Source: Planctomycetota bacterium (GTDB lineage Bacteria > Planctomycetota > UBA8108 > SXIK01). From it: 64,000 bases of DNA. This document shows, piece by piece, positions 7,345 through 17,597 of the stretch. The stretch spans positions 160,001-224,000 of the forward strand of contig OZ244999.1 in the NCBI GenBank assembly GCA_965223265.1, written 5' to 3'. Below the pieces are notes generated by a model. It made no database searches. It was not told where the DNA came from and was given only the letters and a program-made list of their open reading frames with translations. The position numbers and the translations under genes were made by a program. How positions within the stretch are numbered: position 1 is the stretch's first letter; every line of letters starts with the position of its first letter.

Positions 7345-9645
7345 ATGGTGCGTGTCTCGGAGATTCGAAAGCTCGCGTTGATAGGCGATTACCTGCCGCG
7401 CAAGTGCGGCATTGCCACCTTCACCTCGGACTTGTTCCACGCCGTGGCCGACAAGTACCCGTCGGTCGACCGCATGGTAGTCCCGGTGAACGATGTCGAC
7501 GAGGGCTACGACTACCCACCAGAAGTCAGCTTTGCGTTCTTCCAGCAGGACCTCGATTCGTATCGCCGTGCGGCCGATTTCCTCAATTTCAGCACTGCCG
7601 ACGTCGCATGCCTCCAGCACGAGTACGGCCTCTACGGCGGGCCGGCTGGCCGGTACATCCTCGCGCTCTTACGTGACCTGCGCATGCCGATCGTCACAAC
7701 GCTACACACGGTGCTTCGCGAACCCACAGACGACCAGAGGCAGGTGATGGTCGACCTGGGCGAACTTTCGTCCCGGCTCATCGTGATGTCGGAGCGCGGT
7801 CGCGATTTTCTGATCGACCTCTACGGCGTGCCCGAAGGCAAGATCGACGTGATAGCCCACGGCATCCCCGATATGCCCTTCGCCTCGCCCGACCCTTACA
7901 AGGACCAGTTCGGCGTCGACGGGAAACACGTCGTGCTCACCTTCGGCCTGCTCTCTCCAAACAAGGGCATCGAATACGCTCTCAAGGCGCTGCCCGAAGT
8001 CATCCACGAGTTTCCGAATCTAGTCTACATCGTACTGGGAGCCACGCACCCCAACCTGGTCCGAGAGCAAGGCGAGAGCTATCGGAGGAGCCTCGAGCGT
8101 CTGGCCGGCGATCTGGGCATCGCGAAACACGTGATCTTCTATGACCGTTTCGTCGAACGCGAAGAGCTGATCGAGTTCATTGGCGCTGCCGACATTTACT
8201 TGACCCCTTACCTGGAGCCGGCGCAGATTACCTCGGGTACGCTCGCCTACGCCTTTGGCTGCGGCAAGGCGGTGGTCTCCACCCCCTACTGGCACGCCGA
8301 GGAGTTGCTAGCGGACGGCCGTGGCGTGTTGGTGCCGTTTCGCGATTCACAGGGCATAGCGCGCGAGCTGTTAGACCTCCTCCGCAACGAGCCGAAGCGG
8401 CACGCGATGAGCAAACACGCCCACACACTGGGGCGAGATATGATTTGGACTCACGTGGGCCACCTCTACATGAATTCGTTTCAGCGGGCGCGGCAGACCC
8501 GCCTCGACAAGGCCGTCAAGCCACTGGCGATTCTCACGCTGGAGGAGCGCCACTGGGAACTGCCCAGGTTGCGGGTCGATCACCTGTTGCAAATGACCGA
8601 CTCGACCGGGCTGCTGCAGCACGCCCGTTACACCCTACCCAACTTCGCGGACGGCTACTGCACGGATGACAATGCCCGGGCCCTGCTGTTTGCGATGCTG
8701 CTCGAGGAGATGGGGCTCGACACGCCAGAGACTCGGCAAGCGACGACGCGCTACGCAGCTTTTCTCAACGCGGCCTTCGACCCCGAATGCCGGCGGTTTC
8801 GCAACTTCCTCAGCTTCGACCGCCGTTGGCTCGAGGACGTAGGCTCAGACGATTGCTTCGGCCGCGCCCTTTGCGCCCTGGGGGCCTGTATCGGCCGCTC
8901 CAAGCAGCCGAGCCTACAGTCCTGGGCCATGCAGATTTTTCAGGGCGCACTTACCTCCAGCGTCGAGTTGACTTCGCCCAGAGCCTGGGCCGCGACTCTC
9001 ATCGGCATCCACGACTACCTCGGCCGACTCAATGGCGACCGGTTGGTCAACGACGTGCGAGACACGCTGACTGAGCGACTGATCGATCTCCACGAGCGCA
9101 CCGCTTCCGCCGAATGGTCGTGGTTTGAGGATGTCCTGACTTACGACAACGCCCGGCTGCCACAAGCCCTGATCCTCAGCGGCCGCGACACCCCGAACGC
9201 CAAAGCCCTGGACATCGGACTCCAGAGCCTCCGCTGGCTGGCGGAGATGCAGCGGACGCAAGAGGGGCACTTCCGGCCGATCGGCTGTAAGGGGTTCTGC
9301 CGGCGGGGCAGCGATCGGGCCGACTTCGACCAGCAACCGATCGAGGCCTTGGCGATGGTTTCCGCCTGCGTCGAGGCCTATCGTACGACCAAGGATGTGT
9401 CGTGGCAGAACGAAGCCCGCCTGGCCTTCGAGTGGTTCCTTGGACGCAACGACCTTGGGCTCGAACTCTACGACGAGCGCACCGGCGGTTGCAACGACGG
9501 CCTCCAGGAAGATCGAGTCAACCAAAACCAGGGGGCTGAATCGACACTTGCGTTCCTTCTCTCGCTGGTTGAGTTGAAGCAACTCGAAAGCTCCTTGGCC
9601 GCGTTCCACCGCACGGCGGAGATGGCGACCGACCAGCATGCATAA
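7345..9645 (+). CDS. GT4 glycosyltransferase fused to a C-terminal (alpha/alpha)-barrel glycosidase-like domain
   Basis: GT-B motifs (PRKCGIATF, QHEYG, FGLLSPNKG, TSGTLAYAFGCG) plus C-terminal YCTDDNAR, LTYDNA, FDQQPIE and NQGAES; AAGGAGG RBS. Confidence 0.9.
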   Translation: MVRVSEIRKLALIGDYLPRKCGIATFTSDLFHAVADKYPSVDRMVVPVNDVDEGYDYPPEVSFAFFQQDLDSYRRAADFLNFSTADVACLQHEYGLYGGPAGRYILALLRDLRMPIVTTLHTVLREPTDDQRQVMVDLGELSSRLIVMSERGRDFLIDLYGVPEGKIDVIAHGIPDMPFASPDPYKDQFGVDGKHVVLTFGLLSPNKGIEYALKALPEVIHEFPNLVYIVLGATHPNLVREQGESYRRSLERLAGDLGIAKHVIFYDRFVEREELIEFIGAADIYLTPYLEPAQITSGTLAYAFGCGKAVVSTPYWHAEELLADGRGVLVPFRDSQGIARELLDLLRNEPKRHAMSKHAHTLGRDMIWTHVGHLYMNSFQRARQTRLDKAVKPLAILTLEERHWELPRLRVDHLLQMTDSTGLLQHARYTLPNFADGYCTDDNARALLFAMLLEEMGLDTPETRQATTRYAAFLNAAFDPECRRFRNFLSFDRRWLEDVGSDDCFGRALCALGACIGRSKQPSLQSWAMQIFQGALTSSVELTSPRAWAATLIGIHDYLGRLNGDRLVNDVRDTLTERLIDLHERTASAEWSWFEDVLTYDNARLPQALILSGRDTPNAKALDIGLQSLRWLAEMQRTQEGHFRPIGCKGFCRRGSDRADFDQQPIEALAMVSACVEAYRTTKDVSWQNEARLAFEWFLGRNDLGLELYDERTGGCNDGLQEDRVNQNQGAESTLAFLLSLVELKQLESSLAAFHRTAEMATDQHA

Positions 9646-9675
9646 GACACTATTCAGAGGAGCGGCAGGGAGTCG

Positions 9676-10752
9676 ATGCCCCGACGAGTTCTCACGCGCT
9701 GCCTCCTGAGGCCGGTCGACGTGCGGCCGCAGTTCGAGGGCTTCGAAGTCATTGGCACGTTCAATCCGGCGGCCATCGAGTTGGATGACGAGATCGCGCT
9801 CCTTGTTCGGGTAGCCGAACGACCGACCGAAACTCGCGAGGGCTACATCGCCTTGCCGTACTGGGATTGGCGGCGGTGCGAAGTGACGATCGACTGGCGT
9901 CGGTCGGATGAAGTCGAACGGATAGATCCCCGAATTGTGCGGCTGCGGCCGAGCGGGCACTTGCGGCTGACGTTCGTCTCTTGGCTCCTGGTGGCCTTCA
10001 GTCGGGACGGTCTATCGATCGATCGTTTCGGCGAGGCGCCTTTCCTGCCGGCCACGCGCTACGAAACCTTTGGGGTGGAGGACCCACGGCTGGCGAAGTT
10101 GGACGACCGTTTCTACTTCACCTACGTGGCCGTTTCCGAACACGGCGTGGCCACGGCCCTCGCGTCGACCACCGATTTCCGCTCTTTCGAGAGACACGGG
10201 ATCATCTTCTGCCCGGAGAACAAGGACGTGATCCTGTTTCCGGAAAAAATCGATGGCGGGTACGTGGCCCTACACCGGCCCAACCCGAACGCCCACTTCT
10301 GTCGACCCGAGGTCTGGATCGCCCGCTCTCCCGACCTCCGCCACTGGGGTGATCACGCGCGTTTGCTGGGAACCGAGGCGGTTTGGGCGACCCTCAAAGT
10401 CGGCGGGGGCACTCCGCCCGTGCGCACCGGCCGTGGTTGGCTGTCGCTCTTTCATGGGCACATCGAGTCCGAGCAGACGGGCGAAGTTGGAGAGTACGCC
10501 GCCGGGGCGATGCTCCTCGACTTGAAGGATCCGCAGCGGGTCGTTGGCTTGTCCCCGCATCCAGTGATGCGAGCCGAGGCCGAATTCGAGCGCACCGGCT
10601 TCCTGCCGGGGATCGTCTTTCCGACAGCGATAGTAGGCCGTGGCGACGAACTGGACGTCTACTACGGGGCAGCCGACACGGCCACGGGGGTCGCGCGGTA
10701 TTCGTTGGAAGAGCTTCTCGCGGGTACAAAGCCCAAGCCCGGTGTCGTTTGA
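9676..10752 (+). CDS. GH130 family mannoside phosphorylase/glycosidase
   Basis: FNPAA, GVEDPR, ENKDVILFPEKI, LHRP, VGGGTPP, IVFPTA, YYGAAD. Confidence 0.9.
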   Translation: MPRRVLTRCLLRPVDVRPQFEGFEVIGTFNPAAIELDDEIALLVRVAERPTETREGYIALPYWDWRRCEVTIDWRRSDEVERIDPRIVRLRPSGHLRLTFVSWLLVAFSRDGLSIDRFGEAPFLPATRYETFGVEDPRLAKLDDRFYFTYVAVSEHGVATALASTTDFRSFERHGIIFCPENKDVILFPEKIDGGYVALHRPNPNAHFCRPEVWIARSPDLRHWGDHARLLGTEAVWATLKVGGGTPPVRTGRGWLSLFHGHIESEQTGEVGEYAAGAMLLDLKDPQRVVGLSPHPVMRAEAEFERTGFLPGIVFPTAIVGRGDELDVYYGAADTATGVARYSLEELLAGTKPKPGVV

Positions 10753-10760
10753 GGCCGACT

Positions 10761-12239
10761 TCACATCAGGCGGGCGAGCAGTTGTTCCAACGAGACCGTC
10801 GCAAAGCGAGTCATCGTGTCCGACGTCGCAAACGGGATGTACACGTACCCCTTGTGGATCATCGCCCCACAGGTGTAAACCACGTTGGGCACGTAACCGT
10901 CGCGCTCCTTATCGGTCGGCATGATCAGTGGCTCGTCAAGGATGCCGATCACCCTGAGCGGATCTTCCAGGTCCAAGAGCATCGCGCCGATGCAGTACGT
11001 CCGCATCGGCCCCACGCCATGTGTCAAGACGAGCCACCCTTCGGGCGTCTCCAGCGGCGAGCCGCAATTGCCGATCTGTACGAACTCCCAGGGGCTTCTT
11101 GGGGTCTGTAGCAACTCGGCGGTCTCCCAGAAATGGACGATATCGGAACGCATGATGTAGAGGTTCTCGCCGTCGATCCGTGAGCACATCACGTAATGGC
11201 CACCGATGCGACGGGGAAACAGCGCCATGCCCTTGTTTTGCGCCCGGGCACCGTTGAGCGTGTGGACGCCGATTCTGAGGAAGTCGGTTGTCTCGATCAA
11301 CTGCGGGAGAATCCGGTAGCCGTCGAACGCCGTGCAGGTGCCGTAGTAGGTCACTGAGTCGTCATCGTCGACGAAGCGAACCATCCGCAGGTCCTCGATC
11401 CCGCGGCTCTCGTTGCTGGTTTGCGGAAAAATGACCATCTCGGAGACCTCGGCCTCGCGCGAGAGCTCGAGCTGGTAATTTGACCGCGCGAGCCATCGGA
11501 TCCCCTGTATGGTCTCTTCGGACTGGAGCGTGTCAGGCGCCGCCTCGCGCGCGGCGGTGATAGCGTGCTCCAGTTCGGCCATGTTGAACGAGTCACCGAG
11601 TCGGTCTAGCACGAGATTCACCGCGCGCTCGTACACCCCGATGTCATTCAGCTTGCGGTGAAAGAGCCGCTTGTCGTATTCCTTATCGGGAAAGACGCCG
11701 ATCGGATGGGCGAACCGCCCGGACGAGTCCAGCTCGATCTCGTGGTCAGAGTGAATCATACCTGTGCGGAAGACGATCGAGGAGACGTGTCCCTCGCCCG
11801 TGGCGCGCAGGCTCATGATGAAGCGCACGGCGCCATCGGGCAACTCCGGCTGGCTCGGGTGGGCGACGATCGACGGATTGAACAGCGCCGCCGATTCGAT
11901 CGAATACTCCATGGTAAAGTAGGAGCCGATCAGCAGTCGGCGGTCGTGCTCCAGGTCGTCCGATTCGCCGACCATCGACATGACGTTTCGGTAGTGCTGT
12001 TCGAAGACCGCGGCAATGTTGCTGTGCCGGGTGCGGAAGCGCTCAAGGACGAGTTCCAGCAATCGCGCGACCTCGGTGTCGGAAAGCTGCGCGACCCGCT
12101 GAACGATGTTTTGAATTCGGGCCTCGCCACCGGGATCGAAGAACCGGGTGATGACGCGGCGCATGTCGCTGGTGAACGTGACGGGCAGGCGCCTGACGGC
12201 GATCGGATTCGAGCTGCTGTGCTTTCTTACTGGCGTCAT
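10761..12239 (-). CDS. GH130 family protein, long form with helical insertions
   Basis: EYSIESAALFNPS, GEGHVSS, GIEDLR, NKGMALFPR, GYVPNVVYTCG. Start placed at ATG 12239. Confidence 0.9.
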   Translation of the reverse strand: MTPVRKHSSSNPIAVRRLPVTFTSDMRRVITRFFDPGGEARIQNIVQRVAQLSDTEVARLLELVLERFRTRHSNIAAVFEQHYRNVMSMVGESDDLEHDRRLLIGSYFTMEYSIESAALFNPSIVAHPSQPELPDGAVRFIMSLRATGEGHVSSIVFRTGMIHSDHEIELDSSGRFAHPIGVFPDKEYDKRLFHRKLNDIGVYERAVNLVLDRLGDSFNMAELEHAITAAREAAPDTLQSEETIQGIRWLARSNYQLELSREAEVSEMVIFPQTSNESRGIEDLRMVRFVDDDDSVTYYGTCTAFDGYRILPQLIETTDFLRIGVHTLNGARAQNKGMALFPRRIGGHYVMCSRIDGENLYIMRSDIVHFWETAELLQTPRSPWEFVQIGNCGSPLETPEGWLVLTHGVGPMRTYCIGAMLLDLEDPLRVIGILDEPLIMPTDKERDGYVPNVVYTCGAMIHKGYVYIPFATSDTMTRFATVSLEQLLARLM

Positions 12240-12525
12240 CCAAAGATTATACCCGATTCTCAGTTCGGTGGGGATGGCTCTCGGGATCGTTGGAACTCTG
12301 CGGACGTCGTGGTCCGTCCGTGGTCCGGTGGATCCGACGGGGCGTCCATGTTCTGGCGGTTTGGCGGTGAAGATGAGACCATAGCCGGAGAAGACGCCTC
12401 CCGGAACTCGGTGGAGGTTGATTTTGGTATGGTTCACGGTCACCGACGGAGACGTCCAACGGATTCTCCAGACCACTACTCTCTTATTACACGATCACAC
12501 GATGCCTGCGGTTGACCCCTCGAGC

Positions 12526-13560
12526 ATGCGTATCGCGATGCTCGGCCCCATTTCGTGGCGAACGCCTCCGCGTCACTATGGACCTTGGGAGCTGTTCGTC
12601 TCGATGCTGACGGAGGGCCTGGTTGAACGAGGGGTCGACGTGACGCTGTTCGCCACCGCCGACTCGATCACGAAAGCGCGTCTCATCGCGACGGCCGTCC
12701 GGGGCTACTCAGAAGACCCTGACATCGAACCGAAGGTCTGGGAGGGTCTCCACATCTCCCAAGTGTTCGAGCGGTCAGGGGAGTTCGACCTGATCCACAA
12801 CAACTTCGACTACCTCCCGCTGACGTACAGCCGGCTCGTCGGCACTCCCGTGCTTACGACGATTCATGGGTTCTCATCGGAGCGCATCCTGCCAGTCTAT
12901 GAGAAGTACAACGGCCACGGCTACTACGTCGCCATCAGTGACGCGGATCGCAACGAGAAACTCGATTACATCGCTACCGTTCACCATGGCATTGTGCTCG
13001 ACGACTTCGACCTCAGCGCTGAACCTGGCGACTACCTACTCTTTTTTGGGCGAATCCATCATGACAAGGGCGCGGCTGAGGCGATTCGCGTCGCTCGACG
13101 GAGTGGACTTCCGCTGGTGATCGCCGGCATCATCCAGGACCAGGCGTACTTCGATTCCGAGGTTGCCCCGCATCTCGACGACGAGACAGTTCGCTACGTC
13201 GGCCCAGTTGGACCCCAGCGCCGAAATGAGCTGTTGGGCGGAGCTCTCGCTCTCCTTCACCTCATCAACTTTGATGAGCCGTTCGGCCTCAGTGTGGTGG
13301 AAGGCATGGCGTGCGGAACGCCGGTGGTCGCTGTGGAGCGCGGCTCGATGCCGGAGCTGATCGAGCACGGTGTCGACGGGTTTCTCGTCGATGGAATTGA
13401 CGCGGCGATCGAGGCCGTCGCGGCCGTCCCGAGCCTCGATCGTCGCCGAGTCAGACAGACGATCGAGGACCGCTTCACTCACGACCGGATGGTCGACGAG
13501 TACATCGCAGTGTACCAGCAGGTGCTCGAGCTGCGTACGACTGGGATACCACGCCCATGA
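12526..13560 (+). CDS. GT4 glycosyltransferase
   Basis: MRIAMLGP..TPPRHYGPWE, FFGRIHHDKG, EPFGLSVVEGMACGTPV. Confidence 0.92.
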   Translation: MRIAMLGPISWRTPPRHYGPWELFVSMLTEGLVERGVDVTLFATADSITKARLIATAVRGYSEDPDIEPKVWEGLHISQVFERSGEFDLIHNNFDYLPLTYSRLVGTPVLTTIHGFSSERILPVYEKYNGHGYYVAISDADRNEKLDYIATVHHGIVLDDFDLSAEPGDYLLFFGRIHHDKGAAEAIRVARRSGLPLVIAGIIQDQAYFDSEVAPHLDDETVRYVGPVGPQRRNELLGGALALLHLINFDEPFGLSVVEGMACGTPVVAVERGSMPELIEHGVDGFLVDGIDAAIEAVAAVPSLDRRRVRQTIEDRFTHDRMVDEYIAVYQQVLELRTTGIPRP

Positions 13561-14780
13561 TGCCCCTTGAGGACGGCGGGCAATTTCGTTTGGGCATCAA
13601 CTACTGGCCGGCCCATGTCGGGATGAGGTGGTGGCAGCGGTTCGATCTCGAGACGGTCGCCGCCGACTTTGTGCGCATTCGGCGTGCCGGTTTCGATTCC
13701 GTTCGCCTGTTTCTCTTGTGGGAGGACTTTCAGCCCGACGCGATGGAGGTGAGCAGGGCGGCTCTCCGCCGCCTTGTTAGCGTAGCTGACGCTGCGGGGG
13801 AGGCCGGTCTCGATCTTATGCCCACCCTGTTCACCGGCCACATGAGTGGCGTCAACTGGATACCGGCGTGGGCGCTGGGGGGCACCGAGGGCGACGAACG
13901 ATTTCGGGTGGTCAGCGGTGGCGTGCCGACGAAGGCGGGCCTCCGCAATTGGTATGTCGACGACGACATGCTCGCTTCCCAGGAGCTCATGGCGGTCGAG
14001 GCCGCCCGCGCGTTGAAGGGGCACGCGGCAGTGTGGGCATGGGACCTCGGGAACGAGAACTCCAATTGCGTGATCCCTCCGAACCGCGAGGCAGGCCGCA
14101 GGTGGCTGGCCCGCATGACCAGAGCGATCCACTCCGCCGATCCGGAGCGGCCCATCACCTTGGGCCTCCACATGGAGGATCTCGAGGAGGATCGGAGGAT
14201 CGGCCCGGCCGAAGCCGCCGCGTACTGTGATTTCCTTTGCATGCACGGATATCCTATTTACGCCAACTGGGCAGTCGGTCCCACCGACGAGCTTGTCCTG
14301 CCCTTTCTCGCTGCGATCACTAGCTGGTTGGGTGGCGGGAAGGATGTACTGTTCGCTGAGTTCGGTCTGCCCACCTACCGCGGAGGCGATCCGGAGCTTG
14401 AGCGCCATCGGGCGGCCAGCTCTTCGGCGCTCATCGAAGAGTCTGAGGCCGCCGCGTACATCGAGCGAGGGCTCAGTGGGCTCCACAAGTGTGGAACCAC
14501 CGGCGCCATGTTGTGGTGCTACGCCGACTACGACCCGCTCATCTGGCACGAGCCGCCTTTCGACGTGGCCATGCACGAACGCTTCTTCGGCCTTTGGCGG
14601 GCGGATGCAACGCCCAAGCCGGCCTTAGCAGAGGTAGCCGCTCACTCCGGCAGAACTCGCGTTGGACGGCCGGACGACTGGCGATGGATCGACCTGGATC
14701 CGGCCGAGTACTACCAGCGTCCCCGAGTTCACCTCGAGCGGCTCTACTCTCGGTTCCGAGAGCGGTATCGGCCGAGCTGA
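13557..14780 (+). CDS. Clan GH-A (GH5-like, beta-mannanase-type) glycoside hydrolase, no signal peptide
   Basis: LGINYWP, WDLGNE (acid/base), MHGY, AEFG (nucleophile), WCYADY, ERFFGL; ATGA overlap with the GT4 gene. Confidence 0.85.
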   Translation: MMPLEDGGQFRLGINYWPAHVGMRWWQRFDLETVAADFVRIRRAGFDSVRLFLLWEDFQPDAMEVSRAALRRLVSVADAAGEAGLDLMPTLFTGHMSGVNWIPAWALGGTEGDERFRVVSGGVPTKAGLRNWYVDDDMLASQELMAVEAARALKGHAAVWAWDLGNENSNCVIPPNREAGRRWLARMTRAIHSADPERPITLGLHMEDLEEDRRIGPAEAAAYCDFLCMHGYPIYANWAVGPTDELVLPFLAAITSWLGGGKDVLFAEFGLPTYRGGDPELERHRAASSSALIEESEAAAYIERGLSGLHKCGTTGAMLWCYADYDPLIWHEPPFDVAMHERFFGLWRADATPKPALAEVAAHSGRTRVGRPDDWRWIDLDPAEYYQRPRVHLERLYSRFRERYRPS

Positions 14781-15023
14781 CGGGAGGACGCAAACTGACC
14801 CCGGCTCGCCAACCTCTCTTGCCGACCGCGCACCCAGTGCGGTCCTTGCACGCCGGTGCCTAAAGACCCCGGGCGTTCGATGGACATAACGATCTCGACA
14901 GTGTCCACGGGCCAGTACTTGTTCGGTCTCGAAAGCACCAATGCGACTTTCGGCATCAGAGATGCTGACAGAAGGATGCTGAAAAAAAACGACCCTCCGT
15001 CCTTGCGTCCCCAGTATCGTGAA

Positions 15024-15761
15024 TCATGGGTCAGTTAGTGTTAGCAGAATATCGGCATACCACGAGCAGTTCAGTCCGAGAGCCTCGTCCAGTTCAACGT
15101 CCCGTGTACCAGAATCAAATCGTGCCGAGTGGACGCCGAGCAGTGTCCAACGTAGATCACCCGAGAACGAATCTTGCCGCGGAGCGCGCATCACGACGGG
15201 CGCGCCACTGGTGCCCCGATGAGTGCGGGCGTCGGTGAGGAAGTATCCCTTGCCCTGGAACCTCAGGCCGAAGGCAGAGGCGACTACCGCATGTCGCACT
15301 ACTGGAAAATGGTGAAGAGTATCGTGGAAACCCAGCGGAAACCCTACCACCGAGAGCGTGGTACCGACCTCAACCCGATCTTCCGGATTGTAAAGATGCC
15401 CGGGTGTAAATGCACTGTAAACCGTCGCATCAGGCAATGCAGCACGTTCGATCTCGATCACGGCGACATCGACCTCGCCGGCGCCGTCGACTCCCTGGCG
15501 CCACGTGCTCTTGCCGTCGCGGTAGAGCGGCATCGAAAACCCAATCGACTGGGTCATGTTCTCGGAGTCGACGTGCAACTCAATGTTGATGCGATCAGGG
15601 AAGTGATTACTCGGCTTGTCAATCAGCACGTGTCGGCTTGTCACCAGGAACAATCGTTCGTCGCGCTCGAAGAAAAACCCACTCGCGTTGGTCAGGAGGC
15701 TCGCTTTTTCAAAGGTGAAGACGGGCGTCGTGGCAAGCAGAAGAGGTTCGACCCTAGGCAT
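15024..15761 (-). CDS. Trypsin-like serine peptidase, cytoplasmic
   Basis: Triad motifs VTSRHV, DVAV and HRGTSGAP; ASGFF and VGFP; no signal peptide. Confidence 0.85.
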   Translation of the reverse strand: MPRVEPLLLATTPVFTFEKASLLTNASGFFFERDERLFLVTSRHVLIDKPSNHFPDRINIELHVDSENMTQSIGFSMPLYRDGKSTWRQGVDGAGEVDVAVIEIERAALPDATVYSAFTPGHLYNPEDRVEVGTTLSVVGFPLGFHDTLHHFPVVRHAVVASAFGLRFQGKGYFLTDARTHRGTSGAPVVMRAPRQDSFSGDLRWTLLGVHSARFDSGTRDVELDEALGLNCSWYADILLTLTDP

Positions 15762-15851
15762 CGATCCCACCCATCAAGATACAGCGACCAAAAAACACCG
15801 CCCAGGTTGAAGATTGCATATCCGCAGGTATCGCACCGTGTATGCTAACAG

Positions 15852-17591
15852 CTAACCGGGGTGCATAGTCTTCTCGATCACCTCTGAGCGTTCGAGGACT
15901 TCCCGCACTTGTTGCGGCGTTCGGCACTGAAGAGCCCGATCAGCGACTTGCGACGCATCACGGCAACGGACATGCCGCAATGCGTCACGCACACCGGCGG
16001 CTTGAGTGGGGCTCAAGCTCAGTTCTCGCACGCCCAGTCCGACCAGTAAGCAGGCGAAGTGCGCAATCCCGGCCTCTTCGCCGCACACGCAGACAGGACA
16101 TTGCCATCTTTCCGTCGCCTCAACAATTTGCCTGATCGCTCTCAGAACTGCGGGGTGCATAGCAGTGCAGTCGTCCGTCACCTCGCAGCAATCCCGATCC
16201 AGCGCGAGCATGTACTGCGTCAAATCGTTGGTGCCGAGGGCCACGAAATCAGCCAAGTCGAGAATCTCGTCCAAGGCATACAGTGCCGCCGGAGTTTCTA
16301 TCATCGCCCCAATAGGAGGTCTTCTTAGCAAGCTCAGTTCCTCGACGACAGTATCGACCGCCTCGATGGCCCGGGCAAAGTCGTCGCTGCCAATGACCAT
16401 CGGAAACAGGATTCGTACGTCCGACGCTTGCGCTACATATAGGATGGCACGTAACTGCGTATCAAGGAGAGTTCGCTCGGCCAGTGAGAATCGCAAACCC
16501 CGCAGGTGAAGGCTAGTACGCCTTTGCGATCCCTCCTCCGACAGGAGAAAGGGCGGAAGTTTGTCACCGCCAAGATCGAAGGTGCGGATGACCAACCGCA
16601 GGCCATCGAGGCTTCTCGCCATGCTGTCGTAAATCTCCAGCTGCATCGGATAATCCGGACGCTCGTGCGATTCGATGAAGAGAAACTCCGTGCGAAATAG
16701 CCCCGCACCGACAAGATTGTGTTTCGCGACGCGCTCAACCTCATCGGGGCGGCCGATATTGGCTAGCAGCGAGATTTCAATGCCGTCCTCAGTGACACAC
16801 GGGAGTTTCTCGTCAACCGCGATCGATGTTGCGAGACTCTCGTATTTCCGCTTCCGCTTTAGGAAACTCTCCTCGTCCGACGGTGAGGGAGCGACCACCA
16901 CGCCTCCCGTCTCACCATCTACAAGCAATCGCACGCCGGCATGAATCAGCCCAGTGACGTCGGAGATTCCCGTAACCGCGGGAATACCTAACGACGTGGC
17001 CACGATGGCTGTGTGGCTGTATTTCCCTCCGTGTTCGGATACGATCGCGATGATTCCGGACTTTGCGAGCTCGACGGTTTCCGACGGCAGTAGTTCCCTG
17101 GCCACGATGACCGATCCGCGCGGCAAGGGTTCGTTGGTCCAAGGCGGAGAACCCTCCAAGTGCCGCATGATCCGCCGTCCCACGTCACGGACGTCTTGTT
17201 CGCGCTCGCGAAAATAGGCGCTATCCAGTCGTTCCAGACGCTCGACGAAGTCGCGGATCACCGAATCGAGCGCGTGCTCCACGTTGACAAACTCGCGGCC
17301 GATGTGTCGCTTCACCAGCGCGCCGATTTCGTTCGCGATTTCCGAATGGGCGGACAACAGGGCCCCACAGTCGGCGAGCCGTGGCTCGCTCGAGGCAGTC
17401 CGCTCGACGATCTTCAAGGCCTGACTGGATTGTTCCAAGGCGTCGTCGAGCCGTTGACATTCCGGCTCGACTTCTGAATGCGATATCGCACGACGTGGCA
17501 ACTCGAGCTTGCGTTCAATCTCATAGTCGTAAACAACGGCGATTCCACTGGCGTAACCAGCAGAAACAGGAATCCCTTGCAGGCGCAGCAT
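15852..17591 (-). CDS. ptsI: Phosphoenolpyruvate-protein phosphotransferase (PTS enzyme I)
   Basis: GGKYSHTAIVA (phospho-His), LLANIG, GLFRTEF, RTFDLGGDK, LRGLR, MIETPAA, GTNDLTQY, VCGE. Confidence 0.93.
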   Translation of the reverse strand: MLRLQGIPVSAGYASGIAVVYDYEIERKLELPRRAISHSEVEPECQRLDDALEQSSQALKIVERTASSEPRLADCGALLSAHSEIANEIGALVKRHIGREFVNVEHALDSVIRDFVERLERLDSAYFREREQDVRDVGRRIMRHLEGSPPWTNEPLPRGSVIVARELLPSETVELAKSGIIAIVSEHGGKYSHTAIVATSLGIPAVTGISDVTGLIHAGVRLLVDGETGGVVVAPSPSDEESFLKRKRKYESLATSIAVDEKLPCVTEDGIEISLLANIGRPDEVERVAKHNLVGAGLFRTEFLFIESHERPDYPMQLEIYDSMARSLDGLRLVIRTFDLGGDKLPPFLLSEEGSQRRTSLHLRGLRFSLAERTLLDTQLRAILYVAQASDVRILFPMVIGSDDFARAIEAVDTVVEELSLLRRPPIGAMIETPAALYALDEILDLADFVALGTNDLTQYMLALDRDCCEVTDDCTAMHPAVLRAIRQIVEATERWQCPVCVCGEEAGIAHFACLLVGLGVRELSLSPTQAAGVRDALRHVRCRDASQVADRALQCRTPQQVREVLERSEVIEKTMHPG

Positions 17592-17597
17592 TCGAAT

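Noticed and set aside
8914-9960. 348-aa minus-strand ORF and similar long antisense ORFs (13479-14576, 40765-41787, 23794-24558)
   Set aside because: Shadows of well-supported genes in high-GC DNA; no motifs.
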